DNA of 64,000 nucleotides from a virus: IMG/VR virus record IMGVR_UViG_3300031521_000001; one strand, 5' to 3'. Shown piece by piece: positions 1 to 7,735 of this stretch (position 1 is its first letter; each line of letters starts with the position of its first letter). The notes under the pieces were generated by a model. It saw only the letters and a program-made list of their open reading frames with translations, ran no database searches and was not told where the DNA came from. The position numbers and the translations under genes were made by a program.

Positions 1-3
1 GGA

Positions 4-351
4 ATGCCAATTGGCGGTGCAACAGATGAAGAATACGATGAAGTTGCTCAGGAGAATTGCGATTGGTATGATGGAACATTACAATCAATAAAAGATGGCA
101 TCAATACTGTCAACTCTTTTGATTTTGCAAGTGAAGGACCAGATTTTGTATTGGGCATAAATTATGAAGGAAACTTAGAAGATGAATCAGCAGAATTTGG
201 TGATCTTTATATTTTTTTTAAAGATTACAGAAAGATTGAACTGATTTTTGTTTATGATTGTAAAAAGGAGAAATATTATAGTCCACACATATTCAAAAAT
301 CTTTATCGTACTCCTGGATTATACAATAATATAGATAAATTTAACTTATGA
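4..351 (+). CDS. small protein, family A (C-terminal ...IDKFNL); N-terminus atypical, possibly clipped by window edge
   Basis: ORF ends in KFNL and its TGA overlaps the next ATG (ATGA); first unit of tandem array I. Confidence 0.6.
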   Translation: MPIGGATDEEYDEVAQENCDWYDGTLQSIKDGINTVNSFDFASEGPDFVLGINYEGNLEDESAEFGDLYIFFKDYRKIELIFVYDCKKEKYYSPHIFKNLYRTPGLYNNIDKFNL

Positions 352-701
352 AATATATAAAAAAATTTGAAAAATTTGAAAATATTCTAAAAATAGGAGA
401 TTATGTTTTGGCTATATCAAAGGCTAATGATGTGATTTTCACCAGTTATATTAACAATTCAATCGGTGAAGTAATTAAAATTACTCCTGTATATTCTAAA
501 AATGAAGGAAATAAATATAAAGTATACGATGATATTGATATTAGATATTATGGTGTACCAAAAAGTGAAATTGATTTGTTTACAAAAGAAAAAAAGCATA
601 ACTCATATAAAATAAAATTTCCTTCGTATATGATTTATAAATTTTCAGAAAATAAAGAAGAATTAGAAATTGAAATAAACGCAAATAAATTTAACTTATG
701 A
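348..701 (+). CDS. family A small protein (N-term MKYIKKFE, GDYVL, C-term ANKFNL)
   Basis: conserved termini shared with >40 paralogs; ATGA start/stop overlap on both sides. Confidence 0.8.
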   Translation: MKYIKKFEKFENILKIGDYVLAISKANDVIFTSYINNSIGEVIKITPVYSKNEGNKYKVYDDIDIRYYGVPKSEIDLFTKEKKHNSYKIKFPSYMIYKFSENKEELEIEINANKFNL

Positions 702-1009
702 AATATATAAAAAAATTCGAACAGAATATAGATTTACCAGAAAGAGGTGATTATGTATTAATGAATAGTTATGGAATATCTGAAGTTGAATATTTTGTAA
801 CTCATAATTATGGAGTATATCTTAATGCTTATATTGATAAATTGACTAAAGATCCAAAAATTAGAGTTAGATATGAAAATATACCAGGCAACATAGCTTT
901 GTTTTTTCATGATGACACAATAACATTTGATATGGAGTTATTAGTTGCTTATGGTAAAACAATAGAAGAGTTAGAAATGAAATTAAAAGCAAATAAGTTT
1001 AACTTATGA
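698..1009 (+). CDS. family A small protein (MKYIKKFE...GDYVL...YENIP...ANKFNL)
   Basis: paralog; ATGA overlaps. Confidence 0.8.
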   Translation: MKYIKKFEQNIDLPERGDYVLMNSYGISEVEYFVTHNYGVYLNAYIDKLTKDPKIRVRYENIPGNIALFFHDDTITFDMELLVAYGKTIEELEMKLKANKFNL

Positions 1010-1335
1010 AATATATTAAAAAATTTGAATTGAATACAAATATACCTGAGATTGGTGATTATATATTGACAGTATATGACATAAAAAATGATAGAAATAC
1101 TTCTATTAATCAGTTAAAAAAATTCATAGATAATACCATAGGAATAGTAGTAGATGACTTAGAATTTGGTGTACATAATAATTATGTTCGTGTAAAATAT
1201 GAAAACATTCCTGAAAATATAAAGAATTTTTTTATAGATGATAGAAAGAGATTTAATATTGTTAGCATAGTTGATTATGATAAAGATTTAGAAACATTAA
1301 AATATAAAATTGAAGCAAATAAATTTAACATATGA
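1006..1335 (+). CDS. family A small protein (MKYIKKFE...GDYIL...YENIP...ANKFNI)
   Basis: paralog; ATGA overlaps. Confidence 0.8.
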   Translation: MKYIKKFELNTNIPEIGDYILTVYDIKNDRNTSINQLKKFIDNTIGIVVDDLEFGVHNNYVRVKYENIPENIKNFFIDDRKRFNIVSIVDYDKDLETLKYKIEANKFNI

Positions 1336-1667
1336 AATATATAAGGAAGTTTGAAGAAAAAAATAGTGAACCAAAGGAAGGAGATTATGTATTAATGAAT
1401 TCTACAATGATGAATCCTAATCTAAATGAATTTATTGATAATGAAGTTGGTAAAATCGTAAAAATTGATGATAAACGTGGTTTCATATCAGTAGAAGTTG
1501 AATATGAAAATATTCCTATGGAAATTGCAAGCTTATTTGGATATAATGATTATAAAAATCATGAAAATACAGGAATAAAAGTTTTTTTAATGAGTAGTAT
1601 AATTGAATTTTCTGATAACAAAACAGATTTAGAATATAAAATAAACGCAAGAAAATTTAACTTATGA
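1332..1667 (+). CDS. family A small protein (MKYIRKFE...GDYVL...YENIP...ARKFNL)
   Basis: paralog; ATGA overlaps. Confidence 0.8.
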   Translation: MKYIRKFEEKNSEPKEGDYVLMNSTMMNPNLNEFIDNEVGKIVKIDDKRGFISVEVEYENIPMEIASLFGYNDYKNHENTGIKVFLMSSIIEFSDNKTDLEYKINARKFNL

Positions 1668-2002
1668 AACATATAAAAAAATTTGAAATATATAAACAGT
1701 GGGATAATGAAAATAGATATTGGGAAGTGACATTGTTACGTCCATATTTTATTTTATCATTAAGAAAAATCGGAGTTCCAAATGATTTAATTGCGGAATG
1801 GGATGAACAGTACTTAAATGAAGATCATATTGTATACGTATATAAAGAAGAAATTAAAAATTATGATAGTTTGATTGATGACTATGATATTATAACTGAA
1901 TGGAGATTGCAGCTAGATAAAGATGACAGAGATAAATATATATTTGGAGGTAGAATTAAACTTAGAGAATTTGAAATAGATGCAGATAAATTTAACTTAT
2001 GA
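1664..2002 (+). CDS. family A small protein with divergent core (MKHIKKFE...ADKFNL)
   Basis: family termini retained, middle unrelated to GDYVL/YENIP core. Confidence 0.75.
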   Translation: MKHIKKFEIYKQWDNENRYWEVTLLRPYFILSLRKIGVPNDLIAEWDEQYLNEDHIVYVYKEEIKNYDSLIDDYDIITEWRLQLDKDDRDKYIFGGRIKLREFEIDADKFNL

Positions 2003-2397
2003 GATACATAAAAACTTTTGAAAGTTCTTTAAATCAAGAAGAAAAAGAAACATTACTAAATAATACTGCTTATTATTTAGAAGAAGTTATACCAAAAATA
2101 GAAGGATTTTAAGAATGCGTATGGTCAGCCACTGATTGGATTGATTATGATGTTGATAACGATGTTGAATTTACATTTTATTTTGATACTATGTATTTTG
2201 AAGATGAGGAAGATTTTGAAAAATTTGAAGAGTTCTTAACTGAAAACAATTTAGATAATGATATAAAAGAGAGTTATTATGACATAAAAGATAATTTTAT
2301 TAATAAAAGAATGTTAAGCATGTCAATAAAAATACCAATAAAAAAGGTGATTGAATTAGGAGAGTTATATAATTCTATGCATAAATTTAACATATAA
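1999..2397 (+). pseudogene. family A member interrupted by in-frame stop(s): N-term MRYIKTFE (1999-2112) and C-term ...HKFNI (2191-2397) are in the same frame
   Basis: ATG at 1999 overlaps the previous TGA; TAA at about 2110; the track ORF 2191..2397 carries the family C-terminal tail in the same frame (2191-1999 is divisible by 3). Confidence 0.5.
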
Positions 2398-2495
2398 AAA
2401 CCAAAATAAAAAATTAATATATAATTATAACCATATCAATATTTTATCATTTTTTTATTTAAAAATGAAGATAAAATTAATATAGAGTTATAATT

Positions 2496-2708
2496 ATGAA
2501 AGTTAAAATAAACGATTTAAATCAAATCACGAAAGAAATAGCATTAGATAAACTTTCTGAATCAAACACATTAGATTTAGATCAAATCGATGAATATCTT
2601 GATATTTTATCTGCTTTGAAGGACGGAATGATTGTTTTTAATATATCAACAACTGCAGGAGATTATATATTATTTATAACTGCGAATCAATCTAAAAATT
2701 TAATATAA
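2496..2708 (+). CDS. hypothetical small acidic protein
   Basis: ORF in array context; no family termini. Confidence 0.5.
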   Translation: MKVKINDLNQITKEIALDKLSESNTLDLDQIDEYLDILSALKDGMIVFNISTTAGDYILFITANQSKNLI

Positions 2709-2711
2709 TTC

Positions 2712-3227
2712 ATGAAATACTTAAAAACTTTTGAGAAACAAAAAGAAAAGGAAAAAGAAGATATTATATTATATAAAAATGAGGATTTTACAATTACAGT
2801 AAATGATAAAGGTAATATGACTTATTTTAATGATTATATGTCAAAATCTCCAATTTATGGTATAATGTTTGAAATAAAAAACAAATCTAAATATTTAAAT
2901 GATACTGAATTACGAGATATTAAAATAACAGAATCAGAAAAATACTTTGCTATATTATCATTAGATCCAAAATATGAAAGTAATAGGGTTAAATATCATT
3001 CCTCTATTATAAATAACTTCTTGATAAGAAATGGAAATAAAATAGAACTATCAGATATTTCAGATAAAGCTTACACAGCATTGAATGAAAGATATTTTCC
3101 TATGATAGAAGATATTATAAAAAAATCTGAAACAATTGGTGATTTAATTGATTATTTTAAAGTTTTATATGATGAAATAACAGAGAATTTACCTACCTAT
3201 TTGGCTACATCAAAATTTAACATATAA
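2712..3227 (+). CDS. family A protein, longer variant (MKYLKTFE...TSKFNI)
   Basis: family termini; followed by hairpin terminator. Confidence 0.75.
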   Translation: MKYLKTFEKQKEKEKEDIILYKNEDFTITVNDKGNMTYFNDYMSKSPIYGIMFEIKNKSKYLNDTELRDIKITESEKYFAILSLDPKYESNRVKYHSSIINNFLIRNGNKIELSDISDKAYTALNERYFPMIEDIIKKSETIGDLIDYFKVLYDEITENLPTYLATSKFNI

Positions 3228-3257
3228 AAAACTCATCAATTAAATTGATGAGTTTTT
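3227..3257. terminator. perfect 15-bp-arm AT palindrome (aaaaactcatcaatt/aattgatgagttttt) between convergent genes; putative bidirectional intrinsic terminator
   Basis: perfect inverted repeat centred at 3242, A-run upstream and T-run downstream. Confidence 0.7.
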
Positions 3258-3259
3258 AT

Positions 3260-3952
3260 TTATTTCCATTTTTTAATAAATTCTTTTTCATTTTTTCTAA
3301 ATAAAAGATCAAATCTATATCCATCACAAGTAAGAATTTTGTCCACAGAATATTTGAATTTAACTTTACCATAATGTTCATTATACTCAAACATTTTCTT
3401 ACCGCAAATTTTAAATATTTTCTTACGCTTTCTTGGTAATCTCTTTCTAACCATTTCCCAACGAGAAGGATTTGGATTTTTTGGTTTTGTGTATGAATGT
3501 TTTTTACAATAATAATTGTCTTTATAATCAGTGCTATATGATGTTGGTTTACCACATTTACAGCAAGTTGTTAGTGGTTCAAATACAGTAGCTGAATATG
3601 AGCATTTTTTACAATATGCATATCCATCTGTTCTATCTCTACGTTCCATTTCATGTTCACACACTGAAATTTTTTGAAATTTTTGCCAAGCATTTTCTTC
3701 AGCTTCTTCAATTGTATTTCCTTCTCCTCTGATAAAACAATCTGGTTGTTTTGGAAATGCTTCAAAGAATGCTGTTTCATAACATTCTTTATTTGAAAGT
3801 TCATCAGATAATGCATCTAAAGTATTACCAGAAAAGATTTTATCTAAACTACCTGATGGTAAAACAACTCCATGTTCTCCTCCTTGACAAAAACAATTCC
3901 ATTCATACTTAGAATCATATCCTTCTTTTTTGCCTGATATTTGTACTTTCAT
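3260..3952 (-). CDS. Cys-rich hypothetical protein (multiple CxxC pairs)
   Basis: 230-aa ORF, ATG at 3950-3952; candidate zinc-binding protein. Confidence 0.75.
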   Translation of the reverse strand: MKVQISGKKEGYDSKYEWNCFCQGGEHGVVLPSGSLDKIFSGNTLDALSDELSNKECYETAFFEAFPKQPDCFIRGEGNTIEEAEENAWQKFQKISVCEHEMERRDRTDGYAYCKKCSYSATVFEPLTTCCKCGKPTSYSTDYKDNYYCKKHSYTKPKNPNPSRWEMVRKRLPRKRKKIFKICGKKMFEYNEHYGKVKFKYSVDKILTCDGYRFDLLFRKNEKEFIKKWK

Positions 3953-3955
3953 GAT

Positions 3956-4171
3956 TTATTCACTTATTTCGTTTAACTGTTTTAACTTTTTTTTTCTTAT
4001 TTCTTTTTCAGTATAAAAATAATTATTTATATTTGATATGAATATTTCTTCAAAATCATAAAAATAATATTCATTAATAAATATAAATCCGTTATTATTC
4101 TCATTTTTGCCATAATACATTTTTCCTACTATAAAATTATCATTGTATGCTTTTTTACATAAATATTTCAT
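3956..4171 (-). CDS. family B small protein (MKYLCKK... C-term EKEIRKKKLKQLN)
   Basis: paralogous to 4426..4650 and 4686..4904; shared C-terminal DNA (ttctttttcagtataaaaataat). Confidence 0.7.
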   Translation of the reverse strand: MKYLCKKAYNDNFIVGKMYYGKNENNNGFIFINEYYFYDFEEIFISNINNYFYTEKEIRKKKLKQLNEISE

Positions 4172-4418
4172 TTAATTTTTTCAATTTAAGTTTTCTGTTT
4201 TCTCCAATATTAATAAAATAATCTTTTAATTTTGGTTCTAAATTTCCAGACACAACAAATTTGGTATTACAAACAAAAATATATTCATATGCTAAATATT
4301 TATTTTTCAATCTAATATTGCTTAGATTATATTTATTAAGATGAATAATATTATCACTATGATAATATTCTCCTGATTTAATATAACTAGAATAAGTTTT
4401 TATACATTTTAATCTCAT
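4155..4418 (-). CDS. family B-related small protein (C-term RKLKLKKLNEIFM)
   Basis: tail motif; tandem array. Confidence 0.6.
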   Translation of the reverse strand: MRLKCIKTYSSYIKSGEYYHSDNIIHLNKYNLSNIRLKNKYLAYEYIFVCNTKFVVSGNLEPKLKDYFINIGENRKLKLKKLNEIFM

Positions 4419-4425
4419 ATGTAAT

Positions 4426-4650
4426 CTACTGTAATTTTTTCAATTTTATTTTTCGTATTTCTTTTTCAGTATAAAAATAATCTTTTAATTTTGGTTCTGC
4501 AATTCCATCAATTACAAATTTATATCCTTTTAGATTAATATATTTAAAAAAAGAACCTGATAATAAATAATCAGAATGAATAATATCATCACAACTGCAA
4601 TAATTTCCAACATTAATGTTTCTATATGTTTTTTTACATAAATATCTCAT
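4426..4650 (-). CDS. family B small protein (MRYLCKKTY...EKEIRKIKLKKLQ)
   Basis: paralog. Confidence 0.7.
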   Translation of the reverse strand: MRYLCKKTYRNINVGNYCSCDDIIHSDYLLSGSFFKYINLKGYKFVIDGIAEPKLKDYFYTEKEIRKIKLKKLQ

Positions 4651-4685
4651 ATAATAATTTTAAGTAAAAACAAAGATACAATAAA

Positions 4686-4904
4686 TTATTTAATATTACA
4701 CAATATTTCTAATTTTATTTTTCGTATTTCTTTTTCACTATAAAAATAATCATTTATTTTTGGAGAACAATATAGATTATTATCATCTGTTAAAAAAAGT
4801 AAACTATTTATTTGAATCATTTTAGAATTAGTTAAAATAACACAATCATAAAATTTTCCAATAATAATATCTTTTGAATATGTTTTTTTGCATAGATATT
4901 TCAT
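4686..4904 (-). CDS. family B small protein (MKYLCKKTY...EKEIRKIKLEIL); true start likely the ATG at 4904 (the track start at 4910 is a GTG)
   Basis: paralog; the ATG overlaps the upstream TGA (ATGA). Confidence 0.7.
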   Translation of the reverse strand: MKYLCKKTYSKDIIIGKFYDCVILTNSKMIQINSLLFLTDDNNLYCSPKINDYFYSEKEIRKIKLEILCNIK

Positions 4905-5104
4905 TTGCACTTATTCATTATTGTTAATATTTCATCTTTGTCATTGATAGTATATTTTTTTAAATCATTCATTATATTTAAAGAGAATGAATCTTCAAAT
5001 AATACTACATCACTTTTAAAATATTTAAAAAAATTCAAATAATCACCTGAATTTGATATATTTTTAAGTGAATCTTTTGATATAAATCTTTTGTTGAATC
5101 CCAT
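4901..5104 (-). CDS. hypothetical small protein
   Basis: ORF; first gene of minus-strand array, downstream of a divergent promoter region 5105-5256. Confidence 0.6.
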   Translation of the reverse strand: MGFNKRFISKDSLKNISNSGDYLNFFKYFKSDVVLFEDSFSLNIMNDLKKYTINDKDEILTIMNKCK

Positions 5105-5256
5105 AATTTTTTATTTTTAATTTATATGATTATTAATTTGGTATGTTTTATATTTAAGAATATTTAACCACAAAATAATGATATTAATTGACATATATTT
5201 TTGTATATCAGATTTTTGTTGTACTTTTGTGTATCATTAATTAAAACACAAACAAC

Positions 5257-6018
5257 ATGAAATTAATTGGATTTGCAAATAAATTTTATACTCTGTGGAG
5301 TTATTCAGAAGAAGAGTTATATACTACAGTTAATAATCAACCATATAAATATGGAGTCAAACAGATATATTCTTATATTAAGAATATTTCTTTTGATTTA
5401 GATAAAGTAAAAGAACTTTATCCTAATGTGAAAATTGATGATGATTTGAAAGGTAAAAGTGCAAGTTGGTCAACTGAACCAAAAATTCAATATCCTGCTG
5501 AATGTTTTCATTTTGGTAAATATGAAGGAAGTTTCATAAGTGAGTGTACAGATAAATCTTATCTGATTTGGTACTTTGAAAATGGTGTTTATGATGAGCG
5601 TCGTACAATAACAACAAACAGATTAATTGAATTAGGATGTTATTTTTATAATGATATATTATTTCAATCTATTGAATTACTTAACCAGTATACTGATCAT
5701 ATCAAAAAGCAAGCTGAGATTTCAAAGATGATTATAGAAACATATGAAAAATATAAAATATCTGGTATTTTTTCATATAATTTTTATAATTCATTAAGTA
5801 GTGAAGGAAATTATAGAGATAATTCTTTTGAATTTAGATTTAATGAATTTTCTCAACAGTGTTATGCTGGATATGATTATGGCTTGCCTTTAATGAATGG
5901 AAAATCTAAAAGAATTAAAAATAAAGTTCTTGAAATGGAAGTAATTACTGAAGAAGATAAAACTTTTGGTAATAAATATCTAAGAGTTTTAAGCATCAAA
6001 TCTATAAAAAATATTTAA
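5257..6018 (+). CDS. hypothetical protein, first gene of a 3-gene unit with the PARG-like and HDIG genes
   Basis: 253-aa ORF; stop 2 nt before the next start. Confidence 0.8.
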   Translation: MKLIGFANKFYTLWSYSEEELYTTVNNQPYKYGVKQIYSYIKNISFDLDKVKELYPNVKIDDDLKGKSASWSTEPKIQYPAECFHFGKYEGSFISECTDKSYLIWYFENGVYDERRTITTNRLIELGCYFYNDILFQSIELLNQYTDHIKKQAEISKMIIETYEKYKISGIFSYNFYNSLSSEGNYRDNSFEFRFNEFSQQCYAGYDYGLPLMNGKSKRIKNKVLEMEVITEEDKTFGNKYLRVLSIKSIKNI

Positions 6019-6019
6019 T

Positions 6020-6823
6020 ATGATCAAAGAAGAATTAATACAGGTATTTGAAGATACTAAACTACACAGTGAAGGTATATTGAAATCTGAAACAACATAT
6101 CATTCATTTGATGACAGATTAATGTCAGATGTTAGTATTCCTTGTAGTCAAAACATACAGGTTATTAATTCTGATAGTGTATCTGCTATTACAGAATATA
6201 GCAAATTAGGGAAAACTTGTGTTCTTAATATGGCATCATTTAAACGTCCAGGTGGTGGAGTTGCAAAAGGCTCAAAAGCACAAGAAGAATGCTTATTTAG
6301 GTGCTCAAATTTGACTCATCTTATTAATACTGATAACTATCCATTAGGAGATGATAAAGCTTTATATACAAAGGATGCAGTATTTTTTAAGGATGTATAT
6401 TATAACTATATGGATGAGGTTAAATCTGATGTCATAACAATTGCAGCACTAAATCTTAAAAATATTGAGGTTAATAGTAATTTTGATACAATATCGAAAG
6501 ATAACATATCATCAATAAATTCTGATGGAGCAAAAATATCAAGGCATGATTATGAAGAATTAACAAAGGAAAAAATAAGATTAATGTTATCACTTGCAAT
6601 TAAAAATGATGTTGATATTATTGTATTAGGTTCATTCGGTTGTGGTGTTTTCCAAAATGTTCCTGAAACAATGGCTAAAATGTTTAAAAAATTATTAGTA
6701 AATGAAGGATATTCTAAATATTTTGAGAAAGTAATATTTGCAATCATCAATGATAAAAACTCAGTTGGTAATAATTATGAGATTTTCAAAAATGTTTTTA
6801 GTGATTATAATTTAATATATTAA
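6020..6823 (+). CDS. PARG-like macrodomain protein (bacterial-type poly/mono-ADP-ribose glycohydrolase, DUF2263 family)
   Basis: signature GGGVAKGSKAQEE (GGG-x6-8-QEE) in ...NMASFKRPGGGVAKGSKAQEECLFRCSNL. Confidence 0.75.
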   Translation: MIKEELIQVFEDTKLHSEGILKSETTYHSFDDRLMSDVSIPCSQNIQVINSDSVSAITEYSKLGKTCVLNMASFKRPGGGVAKGSKAQEECLFRCSNLTHLINTDNYPLGDDKALYTKDAVFFKDVYYNYMDEVKSDVITIAALNLKNIEVNSNFDTISKDNISSINSDGAKISRHDYEELTKEKIRLMLSLAIKNDVDIIVLGSFGCGVFQNVPETMAKMFKKLLVNEGYSKYFEKVIFAIINDKNSVGNNYEIFKNVFSDYNLIY

Positions 6824-6825
6824 AA

Positions 6826-7578
6826 ATGAAAAATAAGTTAAACATATTACAAACAAGAAAATTGAGTGATATTGTAAGCAATTTATATAAAGATGGTGAA
6901 TTAGAAAAAATTCTACCTGAATTATGTAAATTACATACTACTACTAATGGTCATAAAAATAATTTTTATCATACATTAGGAGTACTTAACAACGTGATTG
7001 AATATGATAATGATAACTTAAAAATGAAGATTGTCGCTTTATTACACGACATTGGAAAGATTTCTGTTAGAACAAAAAACAATGAAGGAAATTGGACATT
7101 TCATGATCATGAAAATGTAGGTGCAAAAATGATACATAAAATTTTAAAAAGATTCAATATAACTAATAAGAAAACTGTTGATTATATTTACAGAATGGTA
7201 AAGTATCATGGTAGGGTAAAGATGCACAGGGATGTAACAGAATCAGCTATAAGAAGGTTAGATGTAGAAGTTGGACATGATATAGTATTAGAGTTAATAG
7301 AGTTCTGTAAGTGTGACATAACAACTAAATATGATGATAAGCGTCAACGTATTGTTTCAGGATTAGATGAAATAAAGAATAGAATATTAGAGGTTCGTGA
7401 GAAAGACAAAGAATCTAAATGGCGTTCTCCAATCACAGGTATTATAATAATGAAAATGTTAGAAATTACTACTGGTAGAATGGTTGGAGACATAAAGAAA
7501 GTAACTGATGAAAAAATAAAATCAGGTGAATGGACTGAAGAAGATGCTATTAAATATATTAATACATTTAGAAAATAA
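6826..7578 (+). CDS. HDIG-type HD-domain phosphohydrolase
   Basis: motifs H..H (NFYHTLGV) and ALLHDIGK, as in the HD domains of CCA enzymes and 2',3'-cyclic phosphodiesterases. Confidence 0.7.
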   Translation: MKNKLNILQTRKLSDIVSNLYKDGELEKILPELCKLHTTTNGHKNNFYHTLGVLNNVIEYDNDNLKMKIVALLHDIGKISVRTKNNEGNWTFHDHENVGAKMIHKILKRFNITNKKTVDYIYRMVKYHGRVKMHRDVTESAIRRLDVEVGHDIVLELIEFCKCDITTKYDDKRQRIVSGLDEIKNRILEVREKDKESKWRSPITGIIIMKMLEITTGRMVGDIKKVTDEKIKSGEWTEEDAIKYINTFRK

Positions 7579-7662
7579 TATGTAGTGTAATTAACACACT
7601 TGATACCCAAAAAAGGAAAACAATTATACTCAAGAGATACTGTAAAATCAGTCATATTCAGA

Positions 7663-7690
7663 AAAAGATAATACTTAGGTATTATCTTTT
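7663..7690. terminator. hairpin aaaagataatac-ttag-gtattatctttt downstream of the HD gene
   Basis: 12-bp stem with A/T-run flanks. Confidence 0.55.
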
Positions 7691-7735
7691 TTGTTTTATA
7701 ACTCATTATATTAATATATAAATAAAAAATAAAAA

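Noticed and set aside
3256-3816. ORFs 3256..3555 and 3571..3816 on the minus strand
   Set aside because: Both lie entirely inside the longer 3260..3952 ORF in other frames, with low-complexity I/K/N-rich translations typical of AT-rich off-frame readthrough.
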